Below, piece by piece: positions 30,902-40,210 of a stretch of 64,000 nucleotides of DNA (position 1 is the first letter of the stretch; each line of letters starts with the position of its first letter). This stretch comes from a candidate division FCPU426 bacterium. Lineage in GTDB: Bacteria > Oederibacteriota > JAAXVQ01 > JAUVAV01. Where the stretch lies: assembly GCA_040756875.1 (NCBI GenBank), contig JBFLYH010000001.1:160001-224000 (forward strand). The letters are read 5' to 3'. Below the pieces are notes generated by a model, which was not told the origin of the DNA, ran no database searches, and was given only the letters and a program-made list of their open reading frames with translations. Both the position numbers and the translations under genes were made by a program.

Positions 30902-30980
30902 GTTGACCCCTTTCTTTCCGTGGGATTCCCGTTGCCGGACGCGGCTTGGGGAAGTCTGCAAACATAACAATTATCAACTG

Positions 30981-32165
30981 TTATCTCGCCTGAATCAAGA
31001 TGTCCCGGATGTCCTGAGGTTCCAAACGAACCGGATTGTTCCGGTTCGGCGTTTTGGCGGCGATAGCATCGGTCTCCTCAGCGGTCAATCCATAGGCGCC
31101 AAGCCGGGGGATTTCCAGGCTCCGAGTCCAGGCGTCCAGCTGGTTGAGCAGGGCTTCGCAGCCTTCTTCCCATGAATGCACGACGCGGCCGGACAGCAGT
31201 GCGCCTGCGGTTGCATGCTTGCGGAGCGCGGGCAATGCTTCGGCGCCTGCCTGGCGCAATTGATCGAGGTTGCGGCGCATGCCGGGCGCCAGCAAAGCGC
31301 CGCAAATAACGCCATGAGGGATGTCGCGCAGGCCGCCGAGGACCGACGACAGGGAATGGATGATTCCCAAACCCGCATTGGCCAAAGTGATTCCCGAGAG
31401 CAGCGCGGCGTACGCCATGCCCGTGCGCGCCTCCAGGTTGGTTTGGCCGCTTTCGAAAGCCGGCAGCAGGTGGTCGCGCACGGCGGCCAAGCCGTTTTCG
31501 GCCAAGACGTCGGTCAGCGGGAAAGCGCGCGGGGAAAGATATGACTCCAGCAGCTGGGCCAGGGCATCCATGCCGCAGGCCGCGGTGAGGGCCGGCGGGC
31601 ACGTCAGGGTGAGTTCGGGATCGACCAGCGCCACGTCCGGAACCAGCGCTTCGTGTCTGAGCGAATTCTTGAATCCTTCTGGACCCAGGCGCCGCAGGGA
31701 GGCGTTCTTGGTGGCTTCGGTGCCCGTGCCGGCGGTGGTGGGCACGGCCAGGAAGGGAAGCTTGGTTCCGGGGTGGCTGCGGCCCTGTCCCGCGCCTTCG
31801 AGATACGGCAGCACGGATTCGTTGAGCGGCAGCATGGCGGACAGGGCTTTGCCCGCATCCAGCACACTTCCGCCGCCGATGGCGACCACCAGTTCCAAAC
31901 CGGTTCCGGCCAATTGCTTGACTGCCGCATCCACCCATGCTGCTTCCGGTTCGCCGGATACCGCAAGTTCCCGCACGGTCAAGCCGGCATCTTTCCAGGT
32001 TTCCTGCCATTCTTTCCAACCCGGAGAGCGGCGAAGCGAAGCGTGGCCTGTCACCACCAGGGCTCTGCGGCCAAAACGCCCCATTTCCGTCGCCAGTTCC
32101 CGGCGCGTTCCGGCTCCGAAGAGGATTTTAGGACTGCGCCCCAGGGAGAAGGAGGGAATCACCAT
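30981..32165 (-). CDS. Iron-containing alcohol dehydrogenase
   Basis: GGGSVLDAGKA, PTTAGTGTEAT, GMDAL, GLGIIH, HGVICG. Confidence 0.93.
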   Translation of the reverse strand: MVIPSFSLGRSPKILFGAGTRRELATEMGRFGRRALVVTGHASLRRSPGWKEWQETWKDAGLTVRELAVSGEPEAAWVDAAVKQLAGTGLELVVAIGGGSVLDAGKALSAMLPLNESVLPYLEGAGQGRSHPGTKLPFLAVPTTAGTGTEATKNASLRRLGPEGFKNSLRHEALVPDVALVDPELTLTCPPALTAACGMDALAQLLESYLSPRAFPLTDVLAENGLAAVRDHLLPAFESGQTNLEARTGMAYAALLSGITLANAGLGIIHSLSSVLGGLRDIPHGVICGALLAPGMRRNLDQLRQAGAEALPALRKHATAGALLSGRVVHSWEEGCEALLNQLDAWTRSLEIPRLGAYGLTAEETDAIAAKTPNRNNPVRLEPQDIRDILIQAR

Positions 32166-32467
32166 TGTTCCGGATCCTCGGGCGCCAGAGGGCGATGCGG
32201 CACGCCTTCCCGGGGTTTGGCCATCCAACCGGCCACGGTTTCCTTCCACTTATTATAGTGGGGCGTTTGCTTGTGGGCTGCAGCGTCGGCTTCGGATCGG
32301 TAAGCTTCATACAGGAAGAACCGGCTGGGGTCCGAAGCGCACTGTAGCACATCGAACCGCAGGTTTCCGGCTTCCGAACGGGACGCCCGGTGGTTTTCCA
32401 GCGTCGCCTGGATGAAATCTTCGATGCGATCGGGCTGGACGAAAATGGTAATGCAAGTCACGATCAT
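32159..32467 (-). CDS. ABM/LsrG-like putative monooxygenase or isomerase
   Basis: EAGNLRFDVLQ, FFLYEAY, HKQTPHY..W; GGAGG before ATG 32467. Confidence 0.88.
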   Translation of the reverse strand: MIVTCITIFVQPDRIEDFIQATLENHRASRSEAGNLRFDVLQCASDPSRFFLYEAYRSEADAAAHKQTPHYNKWKETVAGWMAKPREGVPHRPLAPEDPEQW

Positions 32468-32590
32468 GCCGCACCTCCCGGCCTGGCAATGGTGGAAGCG
32501 GAAAATCATTTTATCACAGCGCGGGAAAGTTGAGGCGGCCGGGCGTGTTTTTTTTGTACACGCCCGGCGTTTTGTGCCACAATAAACGGC

Positions 32591-33937
32591 ATGAACATCC
32601 GTCTGCGAGTCCTGGTGCCGCTGTTGTGCGCCGCAGCCTGGCTGGGCGGCGTTTCTGTCTGCCCGGCCGGATTGATGTCCGAGGCGGAAAAAACCCTGTT
32701 CATCAATTTCATGGTGGACTACGCCACGCCCGAACGGTCTGCTGAGTGGAAGGGCTGGAATTACAGCAACAGCCAGGTCAGTCACAATCCCGATCAGATG
32801 GGTCCTGACCAGCGCCGCGACATCGCCTCCTGCCTCTATCCGCTGGTCGGGGTGTATGACATGAGCGATCCCATGATCGCCGAGTACCATTGCCAGCTGA
32901 TGAAGATGATCGGCGCGGACGCCGGTGTTTTCACCCTGAGTTTCAACGAGGATCCCAATGCCGCCAAGCCGCAGATGCGGAACCTGCAGCGGCGGGTGAT
33001 GGAAAATTATTTCCGGTATCTCAAAGCATACAGCCTCAAGGGCGTGCTTCTGTTCGAGGACAAAGCGCATTGGCTGTGGAACGACCGGCATAAAACCAGA
33101 ACCGAGACGGTCTGGGCCGCCTTCGCGGATTTGGACCAATGGCTGGGCCAGTTCCGCGACGTCCAGGTCCAGGTGGCCGGCCGCCCCCTGGTGCTGCTAT
33201 TCAGCTACAGCCAGCAGGTTCCGGGCCGGGGTGAGAGCCGTTTTTCGCCCGATGAAATCGGCTATTGGATGAAATCCTTCGAAGAAAACCAGCGGCCGAT
33301 TCTGCTGGCTCAGTGGTTCAGCCCCGAGTACCGCGGCTCCCTGGACGGCTATTACGAGTGGCCCCATGTGGTCGGGCCGCCGCCGGCTGGCAGGGATTGC
33401 CGCGTGTTCAACGACTTCGACCAGGAAGTCAAGCTGTGGGAGAGCCGGCACGAGGAATTGTATTTTAACCTGGCCAACGGGCATTACCAGCTGGTGATCG
33501 GCGGCGTGTGGCCCGGCTTCGAGGATACGGGCTGCTACGGGTGGGGCGGGGGCTGCCGCATCATCCCCCGTTACAACGGCAAGGTCTATGCCTATCATTG
33601 GAAGCGGATGATCGAATCGAATTATCCCCTGGTGCAAATCGCCACCTGGAACGACTGGGGCGAAGGCACGGCGATTGAGCCCAGCCGCGAATACGGCACC
33701 CAGTACCTGGAATTGACCCGGGAATGGTCGGCCCGGTGGCGGAAAACCGACGCTCTGACCGGGAACCTGCATGTCCCCGCCTGGATCTATGTCCTGCGCA
33801 AAACCTCCAAGCAGCAGAAGGCGCTGGAGGCCGCGAAAGCGGCCAGCGCCGCGATTCAAAACGGCCGTTTCGACGAAGCGGAGCGGCTGCTGCAGCCGTT
33901 CGTCCAGCCCCTGCAACTGGAACGGAAGCTCCCCTGA
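32591..33937 (+). CDS. Exported GH99/GH71-like glycoside hydrolase
   Basis: DIASCLYPLVGVYD, PGFED, IATWNDWGEGTAIEP. Confidence 0.8.
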   Translation: MNIRLRVLVPLLCAAAWLGGVSVCPAGLMSEAEKTLFINFMVDYATPERSAEWKGWNYSNSQVSHNPDQMGPDQRRDIASCLYPLVGVYDMSDPMIAEYHCQLMKMIGADAGVFTLSFNEDPNAAKPQMRNLQRRVMENYFRYLKAYSLKGVLLFEDKAHWLWNDRHKTRTETVWAAFADLDQWLGQFRDVQVQVAGRPLVLLFSYSQQVPGRGESRFSPDEIGYWMKSFEENQRPILLAQWFSPEYRGSLDGYYEWPHVVGPPPAGRDCRVFNDFDQEVKLWESRHEELYFNLANGHYQLVIGGVWPGFEDTGCYGWGGGCRIIPRYNGKVYAYHWKRMIESNYPLVQIATWNDWGEGTAIEPSREYGTQYLELTREWSARWRKTDALTGNLHVPAWIYVLRKTSKQQKALEAAKAASAAIQNGRFDEAERLLQPFVQPLQLERKLP

Positions 33938-34036
33938 ACCGCCCGCCGGTTTTTTGCGGGCTCGCCCATTAAAAAACTGGCAAAATTCCGATAAATGGAT
34001 AAAATGTGGGCAGTTTCCGGAGGGGGGCTTGATAAT

Positions 34037-36835
34037 ATGAAGCGAATAGCAGCCGTGATCGGCATCTTTCTGGCGCTGGGCGCCGGCGGGTGCCAGCAAG
34101 CCATGGTGCACGTCAGTCCCGGCGAGGTGGCCTTTCAACCGGGCGCTGAACCGCCGGCGGTCCTGGCTTATTATTTTACCGGGTATGAAACCCCGGTCCG
34201 GAGCAACCGCTGGCGTTTTTGGTCCTGGGAACAGAAACCCCGCCGCCACAACCCGGACCGGATGTTTCCGGACGGCCGGCGCGACATTGCCGGCATCCAC
34301 TATCCCCTAATTGAACCGTACGATTCAATCGATGAGGACGTGATCGAATACCACATGCTCCTGGCCAAGGCCGCCGGTTTGGACGGGTTTGTGGTCGATT
34401 GGTACGGGTTCAACAATGAATTCGGGCAGCCCCGCTACGAAGACCAGGTGTTTCGGAAAATGCTCGCCCTGGCGGAGCGCTTGAAATTCAAAGTCTGCCT
34501 CAGCTTCGAAGATAAAAGCATGTTCCCGCCTTTTCAGCGTCTGGCTGACCGCAAGGCCAGCGTCGCCCTGGCGCAGCAAACCATCGCCCAGGCCTGCAGG
34601 CAATACGGCCAGCAGCCGGGCTATTTCAAGCTGGACGGCCGTCCGGTTCTGACCGGCTATAATTGGAACCTGGCTACCGAGGAAGCGCCCCAAAACGGGG
34701 CCTTCACGGTTTCCGAATGGCAGCGCATTCTGGCCGGCATGGGTCCCAAGCGGCCGGTTCTGATCTCCAACGTCCACTGGCACTGGAACCGTTCCCTGGC
34801 GGACACGCGGTATGCCGAAGTGGCGGACAGCCTGTATCCCTGGGTGGCCAACAGCTGCAAGCAGCTGGACCGCTTCTACACCGAGGAAGCCCGGCTGGTG
34901 GCCGGGGACAAGCTGAAGTTCTTAAGCGGCGTGGTCTGCCCGGGCGCCGACAATTTCGGCACCTGGGGCGGGGACGAGAGCCGCACTATTGTCCCCAGGA
35001 AAAACGGCGAGGTTTACAAGAACACCTGGCGCGAGAGCCTCAAGCACAAACCCCGCTGGATCCAAATCGCCACCTGGAACGATTTCCCGGCGGGCAGCAC
35101 CATCGAACCGTCCAGGGAGTACGAATATCAATATCTCGAGATCACCTCCGATTTTGCGTCCGCCATCCATGGCCAGCAGCCGGATTACCAGGCCCTGCGT
35201 GTGCCAAAAAAGATTTTCGATGCCAAGCGGGAACTGCGCGAATTGAGCCAGACCAAGGCGGCAAACCGGTCGGTGCTTGACCTACTGCAAAAGGACATCG
35301 GCGAAGCCGTGGACTTGATGGCGGGAAACCAGACGCGCCAGGCGGACGCACTCATCAGCCAGACGCTGCGCGGGCTGGCCGGTGAACGAGCCAAAGTGCA
35401 GCCCGAACCGGAGTTGATCGTAACGCTTGAACCCGAGAAACTCAGCCTCCATGCGGGGGAGGCGAAATATTTCTGGGTGGAAGTCAAAAATGCGACGCCC
35501 AAAGCCGTGCGCGGCCGCATCAAGCTGGACAGCGACCGTGATTTGCCCGCCGATTGGTTCAATCAAAGCACCATGCCCGTGGATTTGAATCCCCGGCAAA
35601 AAACCAAGCTGCCTTTCCGGATCAAGGTTCCGGAGGAGGCTGGCAATATCAAAGCCTTGCTCGAAGCGCAGTTGTACGCCGGCGGCAAGTTCATCCGGTC
35701 GCGGGTCTCAACCGTGGATGTCGTCACTCCGTATTTCAACGTGGATGTGGGTTCCCGCAACCTATACCAGCTGGGCGAGGAAGCGGAGGTGCGCGTTTTG
35801 CTCGCCGGTCTGGAGGAGGACAGCGGCAAAATCCAGCTGATTGCTCCTGCCGGCTGGCAGGTTCGGCCGGTTGAAGTCGAATATACGCTCGTCCCGGATC
35901 AGCCCAGCGAGGCGGTTTTTTGGGTCAAACCCACTACCAGCCAGGCCGGCTTGCTGACCGCTTCGGTGAAAAGCCGGACCCAAGGACAGGTGCGGGTCCA
36001 GGAACCCGTGCAGGCGTTGCGGGGCGGGGAAACCGTGGCGCTCCAGGGTGACGTGGACAACGACGGCGAAACCGATTTCGTACTGGGTAACCGCCGGGTG
36101 GAGGTCCACGTCAGTTCCACCCATGGCGGCCGCATAACCGGGTTTTTCCTTAAAAGCGACGGCGGTGACAATCAGTTGTTTTACGATCCCAACCTGTCCC
36201 GCCAGCGGGCGGCTGCAGAGACCGACCAGTGGATTGAATATGGAGGCATCAACGATACCTTTCCCTTGAATTGGCCGGGCGAGGTTTGGAACAACCGCTG
36301 GCCCACCCGTATCGTGGAATCCGGCCCGGGCAAAGGGTTGGAACAAACAACGCGTGCGGCCAACGGCCTGGCATTGACCCGCCAGCTGCGCCTGCGGGAC
36401 GATTCACCCCGCCTGGAAGCGGTTTACTTGGTGAAGAACACCGGATCAAAGAAAATCAAATACCGGTGGCACAATCACCCGGATCTGTCACCCGGTCCGA
36501 ACGACGAAGCCCAGCGTTCCATACGCATCCAGGTTCCCCAATCCGGAGGAGTCGTTAACGTCCCCTTTTCAGGCAACCTGACCAAGGAGCATTATCCGCC
36601 GTCGCAAAACTGGTGCCTCACCTGGGACAGCGAATCGGACGAATACTTTCTGCAACAGTTCGACGCGCGCCGGGTGGAGAAAATCGGGGTTTGGCAGGGC
36701 AGGAATTTTTTCACCATGGAAATCATTTCCAGGGAGGCGGTTCTGGAGCCGGGCGCGACCGACCGCTTCCGCGTGGATTATATAGCCGGCAAGGGAGATT
36801 GGGAGAACCAATTGCCGCTTTTTTCCACCCGCTGA
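34037..36835 (+). CDS. Lipoprotein with GH99-like domain, Ig-like modules and a mutarotase-like C-terminal domain
   Basis: Lipobox AGGC; DIAGIHYPLIEPYD, GFVVDWYG, IATWNDFPAGSTIEP; C-terminal GGRI...YGGIND...WHNHP. Confidence 0.75.
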   Translation: MKRIAAVIGIFLALGAGGCQQAMVHVSPGEVAFQPGAEPPAVLAYYFTGYETPVRSNRWRFWSWEQKPRRHNPDRMFPDGRRDIAGIHYPLIEPYDSIDEDVIEYHMLLAKAAGLDGFVVDWYGFNNEFGQPRYEDQVFRKMLALAERLKFKVCLSFEDKSMFPPFQRLADRKASVALAQQTIAQACRQYGQQPGYFKLDGRPVLTGYNWNLATEEAPQNGAFTVSEWQRILAGMGPKRPVLISNVHWHWNRSLADTRYAEVADSLYPWVANSCKQLDRFYTEEARLVAGDKLKFLSGVVCPGADNFGTWGGDESRTIVPRKNGEVYKNTWRESLKHKPRWIQIATWNDFPAGSTIEPSREYEYQYLEITSDFASAIHGQQPDYQALRVPKKIFDAKRELRELSQTKAANRSVLDLLQKDIGEAVDLMAGNQTRQADALISQTLRGLAGERAKVQPEPELIVTLEPEKLSLHAGEAKYFWVEVKNATPKAVRGRIKLDSDRDLPADWFNQSTMPVDLNPRQKTKLPFRIKVPEEAGNIKALLEAQLYAGGKFIRSRVSTVDVVTPYFNVDVGSRNLYQLGEEAEVRVLLAGLEEDSGKIQLIAPAGWQVRPVEVEYTLVPDQPSEAVFWVKPTTSQAGLLTASVKSRTQGQVRVQEPVQALRGGETVALQGDVDNDGETDFVLGNRRVEVHVSSTHGGRITGFFLKSDGGDNQLFYDPNLSRQRAAAETDQWIEYGGINDTFPLNWPGEVWNNRWPTRIVESGPGKGLEQTTRAANGLALTRQLRLRDDSPRLEAVYLVKNTGSKKIKYRWHNHPDLSPGPNDEAQRSIRIQVPQSGGVVNVPFSGNLTKEHYPPSQNWCLTWDSESDEYFLQQFDARRVEKIGVWQGRNFFTMEIISREAVLEPGATDRFRVDYIAGKGDWENQLPLFSTR

Positions 36836-36914
36836 GGGGGCGGCCGCCGGAACGGAGGCTTCTTCCGGACGCGGCGAAAAACGGAGCCGGTAGAAGTAAG
36901 CATAGGAGACGGCC

Positions 36915-37475
36915 GTGTCCTGGATCGCTTTATTGCTGGTTGCCGTGGGCTTGGGTATGGATGCCTTTGCCGTGGCTGTGGCCACGGGCGTCAAGCTCTG
37001 CCGCGTGAACTGGCGCCAGGCCGGCCGCATGTCCCTGGCTTTCGGTTTTTTCCAATTCGCCATGACAGCCGCGGGGTGGCTGGGCGGCCGCACGCTCAGC
37101 GGATTTTTACATGCCGTGGACCATTGGGTGGCTTTCACCCTGCTGGCCGTGGTGGGCGGACGCATGGTCTGGGGCGGTTGGCACCCCGAACAGGCAGGCT
37201 GGCGGGCCGAGGATCCGACCCGCGGCTGGCTCCTGCTCACTCTGGCCCTGGCTACCAGCGTGGATGCTTTGGCCGTGGGGTTTGGGTTTTCACTGTTGCA
37301 GATCCCGATTTGGGGGGCAGCCGGGCTCATCGGCGTGGTTGCTCTGCTGATGACGCTCGTAGGATTGCACATCGGCTGCCGGGTGGGGCTGACGTTCGGC
37401 CAACGCATGGAAATCCTGGGCGGCCTGCTTCTGATTGGCATCGGAATTAAAATCCTCGTGGATCACCTCACCTGA
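36915..37475 (+). CDS. mntP: Manganese efflux pump
   Basis: LGMDAFAV, FGFFQ, DHWVAF, ATSVDALAVG, EILGGLLLIGIG. Confidence 0.92.
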   Translation: MSWIALLLVAVGLGMDAFAVAVATGVKLCRVNWRQAGRMSLAFGFFQFAMTAAGWLGGRTLSGFLHAVDHWVAFTLLAVVGGRMVWGGWHPEQAGWRAEDPTRGWLLLTLALATSVDALAVGFGFSLLQIPIWGAAGLIGVVALLMTLVGLHIGCRVGLTFGQRMEILGGLLLIGIGIKILVDHLT

Positions 37476-37567
37476 ACTTTTCCCGCCGGAAGAATTACAT
37501 AGGCATTTTAATATTCCGATAGTATGATGAAAGCTCATTGCGCTTAACATCCGAGGAGGACTGGGTT

Positions 37568-38503
37568 ATGACGACGCGGTTGATGCGAGGATGGGTGATG
37601 GTGGCGCCCATGGCACTCGTGGTTTTATGCGGGCATCCCGGCTGGGCGGCCAAAAAAACGGCCAGATCCGTCAAACCGCCCAAGGTTGAAAAGACCGCGG
37701 AGCAGCTGCGCCAGGAGGTGGCAGCCGCGCCGGACCAGGCCCAGTTGCAATACGAACTGGGCGTGGCCCTGGCCAAAGAGGGCAAACCGCAGGACGCTGT
37801 CAATGCGCTGAAGAAAGCCACGGAACTGAAAAACGATTTTACCGCCGCCCATTATACTTTGGGCGCGGTCTATTACAGCCTGAAACGCCCGGACCAAGCC
37901 AAAACCTCGTTTCGACGGGCCGTGGAGCTGGATTCCCGGCACGCCAAGGCCCACCTGGGCTTGGGAACCTTGTGGCTGCAGGAAAAGAAATACGCCGATG
38001 CTGTCAAGGAATTGGAAGCCGCCTTGCGCGCAGACTCCCGCCTGCCTGCTGCGCATTACCAGCTGGGACTCGCCCACTTTTACCAGGGACAGTACCGGCC
38101 CGCGGCCGCTTCCTTGCGTCAGGCGATTGCGCTGGGCAAACGGGATGGGGAAACGCATTACACCCTGGGCAATGTTTATCGGAAACTAGGGCAATGGGAA
38201 CAGGCCGCGGCCGCTTTTTTGGACGCCACCAAGGCTGAACCGAAAAACGCCAAAACCTGGAATGAATTGGGATACGTCAAATATGAGCAGAAAGAATTCA
38301 AGGCCGCGCAAAAGGCCTGGGAAACGGCAGTGTCGCTGGACCCGCAATCCGCCGAAGCCCACTATGGATTGGGGCTGGTGCACCTTCAGGCCAAGCGCTG
38401 GGACCAGGCGCAGGCGGTGTACGAGCAACTGCGGAGCTTGGACGCCGAATTGGCGGCTGACCTGCTTTCCGAACTGGAGGCCAAACGGCCGAAGGAGAAG
38501 TGA
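37568..38503 (+). CDS. Exported tetratricopeptide-repeat protein
   Basis: Signal peptide and about seven 34-aa AHY.LG repeats. Confidence 0.9.
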   Translation: MTTRLMRGWVMVAPMALVVLCGHPGWAAKKTARSVKPPKVEKTAEQLRQEVAAAPDQAQLQYELGVALAKEGKPQDAVNALKKATELKNDFTAAHYTLGAVYYSLKRPDQAKTSFRRAVELDSRHAKAHLGLGTLWLQEKKYADAVKELEAALRADSRLPAAHYQLGLAHFYQGQYRPAAASLRQAIALGKRDGETHYTLGNVYRKLGQWEQAAAAFLDATKAEPKNAKTWNELGYVKYEQKEFKAAQKAWETAVSLDPQSAEAHYGLGLVHLQAKRWDQAQAVYEQLRSLDAELAADLLSELEAKRPKEK

Positions 38504-38513
38504 GGCGGTCCGG

Positions 38514-38969
38514 TCAGGTATAAAGCGGCGAGTTCATGTCATCGAGTTCGAAATCCACCAAAAACTGCTTCAACAGCTTGCGGCTCGAAGGTTCGAGGTC
38601 CAGGAATTCCACGCCCACGGCGTAGCGTCCCTCGCCGCGGGGCTTGGACCAAGCCACGCGGGCCAGAATGCTGACCAGATTACATTCGTCCTCTTTAAAA
38701 ACGCTGGCATCCACCAGTTCCCGCCGCTTGGATTCGGGCGGCAGGAACAGCGTCAAGGTCAGGAGCTGCCCCCCCTGCAGCGGGGATTGGCTGCTCATGG
38801 CCAGGCCCTTGGCCCCCAGGTCGTCAGCGAGGCTGTGGCTCACTTCGAAGCGCGATTTTTCGCCCCGGATGAGGATGCGGTATTTCAGCTTCATCCTCAG
38901 GGGGATGCGAGGATATCTCCGGGATTCAACAACCACCATCTCGCCCTTTAAATCCGGCTGCTCTTCCAT
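38514..38969 (-). CDS. PilZ-domain protein
   Basis: RRYPR, DLGAKG, ARVAW, VGVEF; GAGGAGG RBS. Confidence 0.85.
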   Translation of the reverse strand: MEEQPDLKGEMVVVESRRYPRIPLRMKLKYRILIRGEKSRFEVSHSLADDLGAKGLAMSSQSPLQGGQLLTLTLFLPPESKRRELVDASVFKEDECNLVSILARVAWSKPRGEGRYAVGVEFLDLEPSSRKLLKQFLVDFELDDMNSPLYT

Positions 38970-39010
38970 GGCCATTCCTCCTCGCGGTCTGCCTTGCCTC
39001 CCGCCTAATT

Positions 39011-39982
39011 TTATACTACCACGCGCAGGGCTTGCGGCACCACTTCAATATCCACGGGCATATGCCCAAGGTATTCGCCGTCCAGCTGCAGATGCTCCCG
39101 GCGGTTCAGTACGGTGATGCGGCGGCACTGTAGGTATTCGACATCCAGGAATTTGTCCAGCGCGCTGTGCTGCCAGCCCCAGATGTAGCCGAGGAAATGC
39201 AGAAAACTGCGGCGCTTGAAAATGCACACGTCCAGCTTTCCGTCCTGCAGGTCGGCCCGCGGCAGCAGCGCCATGTTGCCGCCGTAATATTTAACGTTGC
39301 CGGCGATGACCAAGTATCCGCGCCGGGGTTCGGGTTGTCCGTCGATGCGCACCCAGACCTGGCGGAAAGGGTAGAGAAAGAAGGCGGCAATGCCCGCCAC
39401 CAAGTAAGCGAACGCGCCGGTCAGGCGTTTGAGCCTCCAGTCGGTATTCTTGATGACAAAGGCGTCGAATCCCACCCCGGCCATGCAGGTGAAGTAGCGC
39501 TGATTCACCCGGCCCAGATCGATGGCGGTCTGCCGTCCCCGCGCCAGCAGGCGGCAGGCGGCGTCCAGGTCCAAGGGGATGTTCATCTGCAGGCTGAAGA
39601 GGTTTACGGTTCCGGCAGGGATGACGCCCAGCGCGGTGGAGGAACCGGCCAGGCCGTTGATGACCGCGTTGATGGTGCCGTCGCCTCCTGCCGCGACCAC
39701 CAGATCGTAGCGGTTTTTAACGCATTGCCTGGCAGCGGCCGTGGCTGCGCCGGGAGACAAGGTCAGCACCGGTTCGGCCTGGAGTCCCTGGTTCCGCAGG
39801 GCCTCGAGAATTCGACGGAGATAAACCTGGGGGGATTGGATTTTGGACTGCGTTAACGCGCCCGTCCAGGCGAGCGCTCCGCCCGAACCGGACTGCGGAT
39901 TGAAGATCAGCTTGATTTTTTTCAGCCGGGGTTTCCGTTGGCCGGTCCTCGCCGGCGCGGCAGGCGGCTTGCTTCGCATCAT
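39011..39982 (-). CDS. Diacylglycerol kinase (YegS/DgkB) family lipid kinase
   Basis: IFNPQSG, AGGDGT, PAGTVN, GVGFDA, QLDGE. Confidence 0.92.
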   Translation of the reverse strand: MMRSKPPAAPARTGQRKPRLKKIKLIFNPQSGSGGALAWTGALTQSKIQSPQVYLRRILEALRNQGLQAEPVLTLSPGAATAAARQCVKNRYDLVVAAGGDGTINAVINGLAGSSTALGVIPAGTVNLFSLQMNIPLDLDAACRLLARGRQTAIDLGRVNQRYFTCMAGVGFDAFVIKNTDWRLKRLTGAFAYLVAGIAAFFLYPFRQVWVRIDGQPEPRRGYLVIAGNVKYYGGNMALLPRADLQDGKLDVCIFKRRSFLHFLGYIWGWQHSALDKFLDVEYLQCRRITVLNRREHLQLDGEYLGHMPVDIEVVPQALRVVV

Positions 39983-40210
39983 ATCCCCTCGTTTCCCGAA
40001 TGGGGCGAACAGGCGGTTTGGCGCCGGAACGATTTCGCGCCCCTCCGCCGATTGCACCGCCGCTGGCCTCGGAGGAATTCATTGTAGCATTTTTGACCCC
40101 CGCTCCGACCGCCAAAAAGAATCCAACGCTTTGCGGATTTAGGAAAAATGTGCTAGGATTAAAATCCTGGAACAGTCCCGGTCCTGCGGGCCTTGAAAAG
40201 GAGCAGCGGC

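Noticed and set aside
36836-36914. yybP-ykoY Mn riboswitch before mntP
   Set aside because: Only 79 nt of intergenic space and no GGGGAGTAG core.
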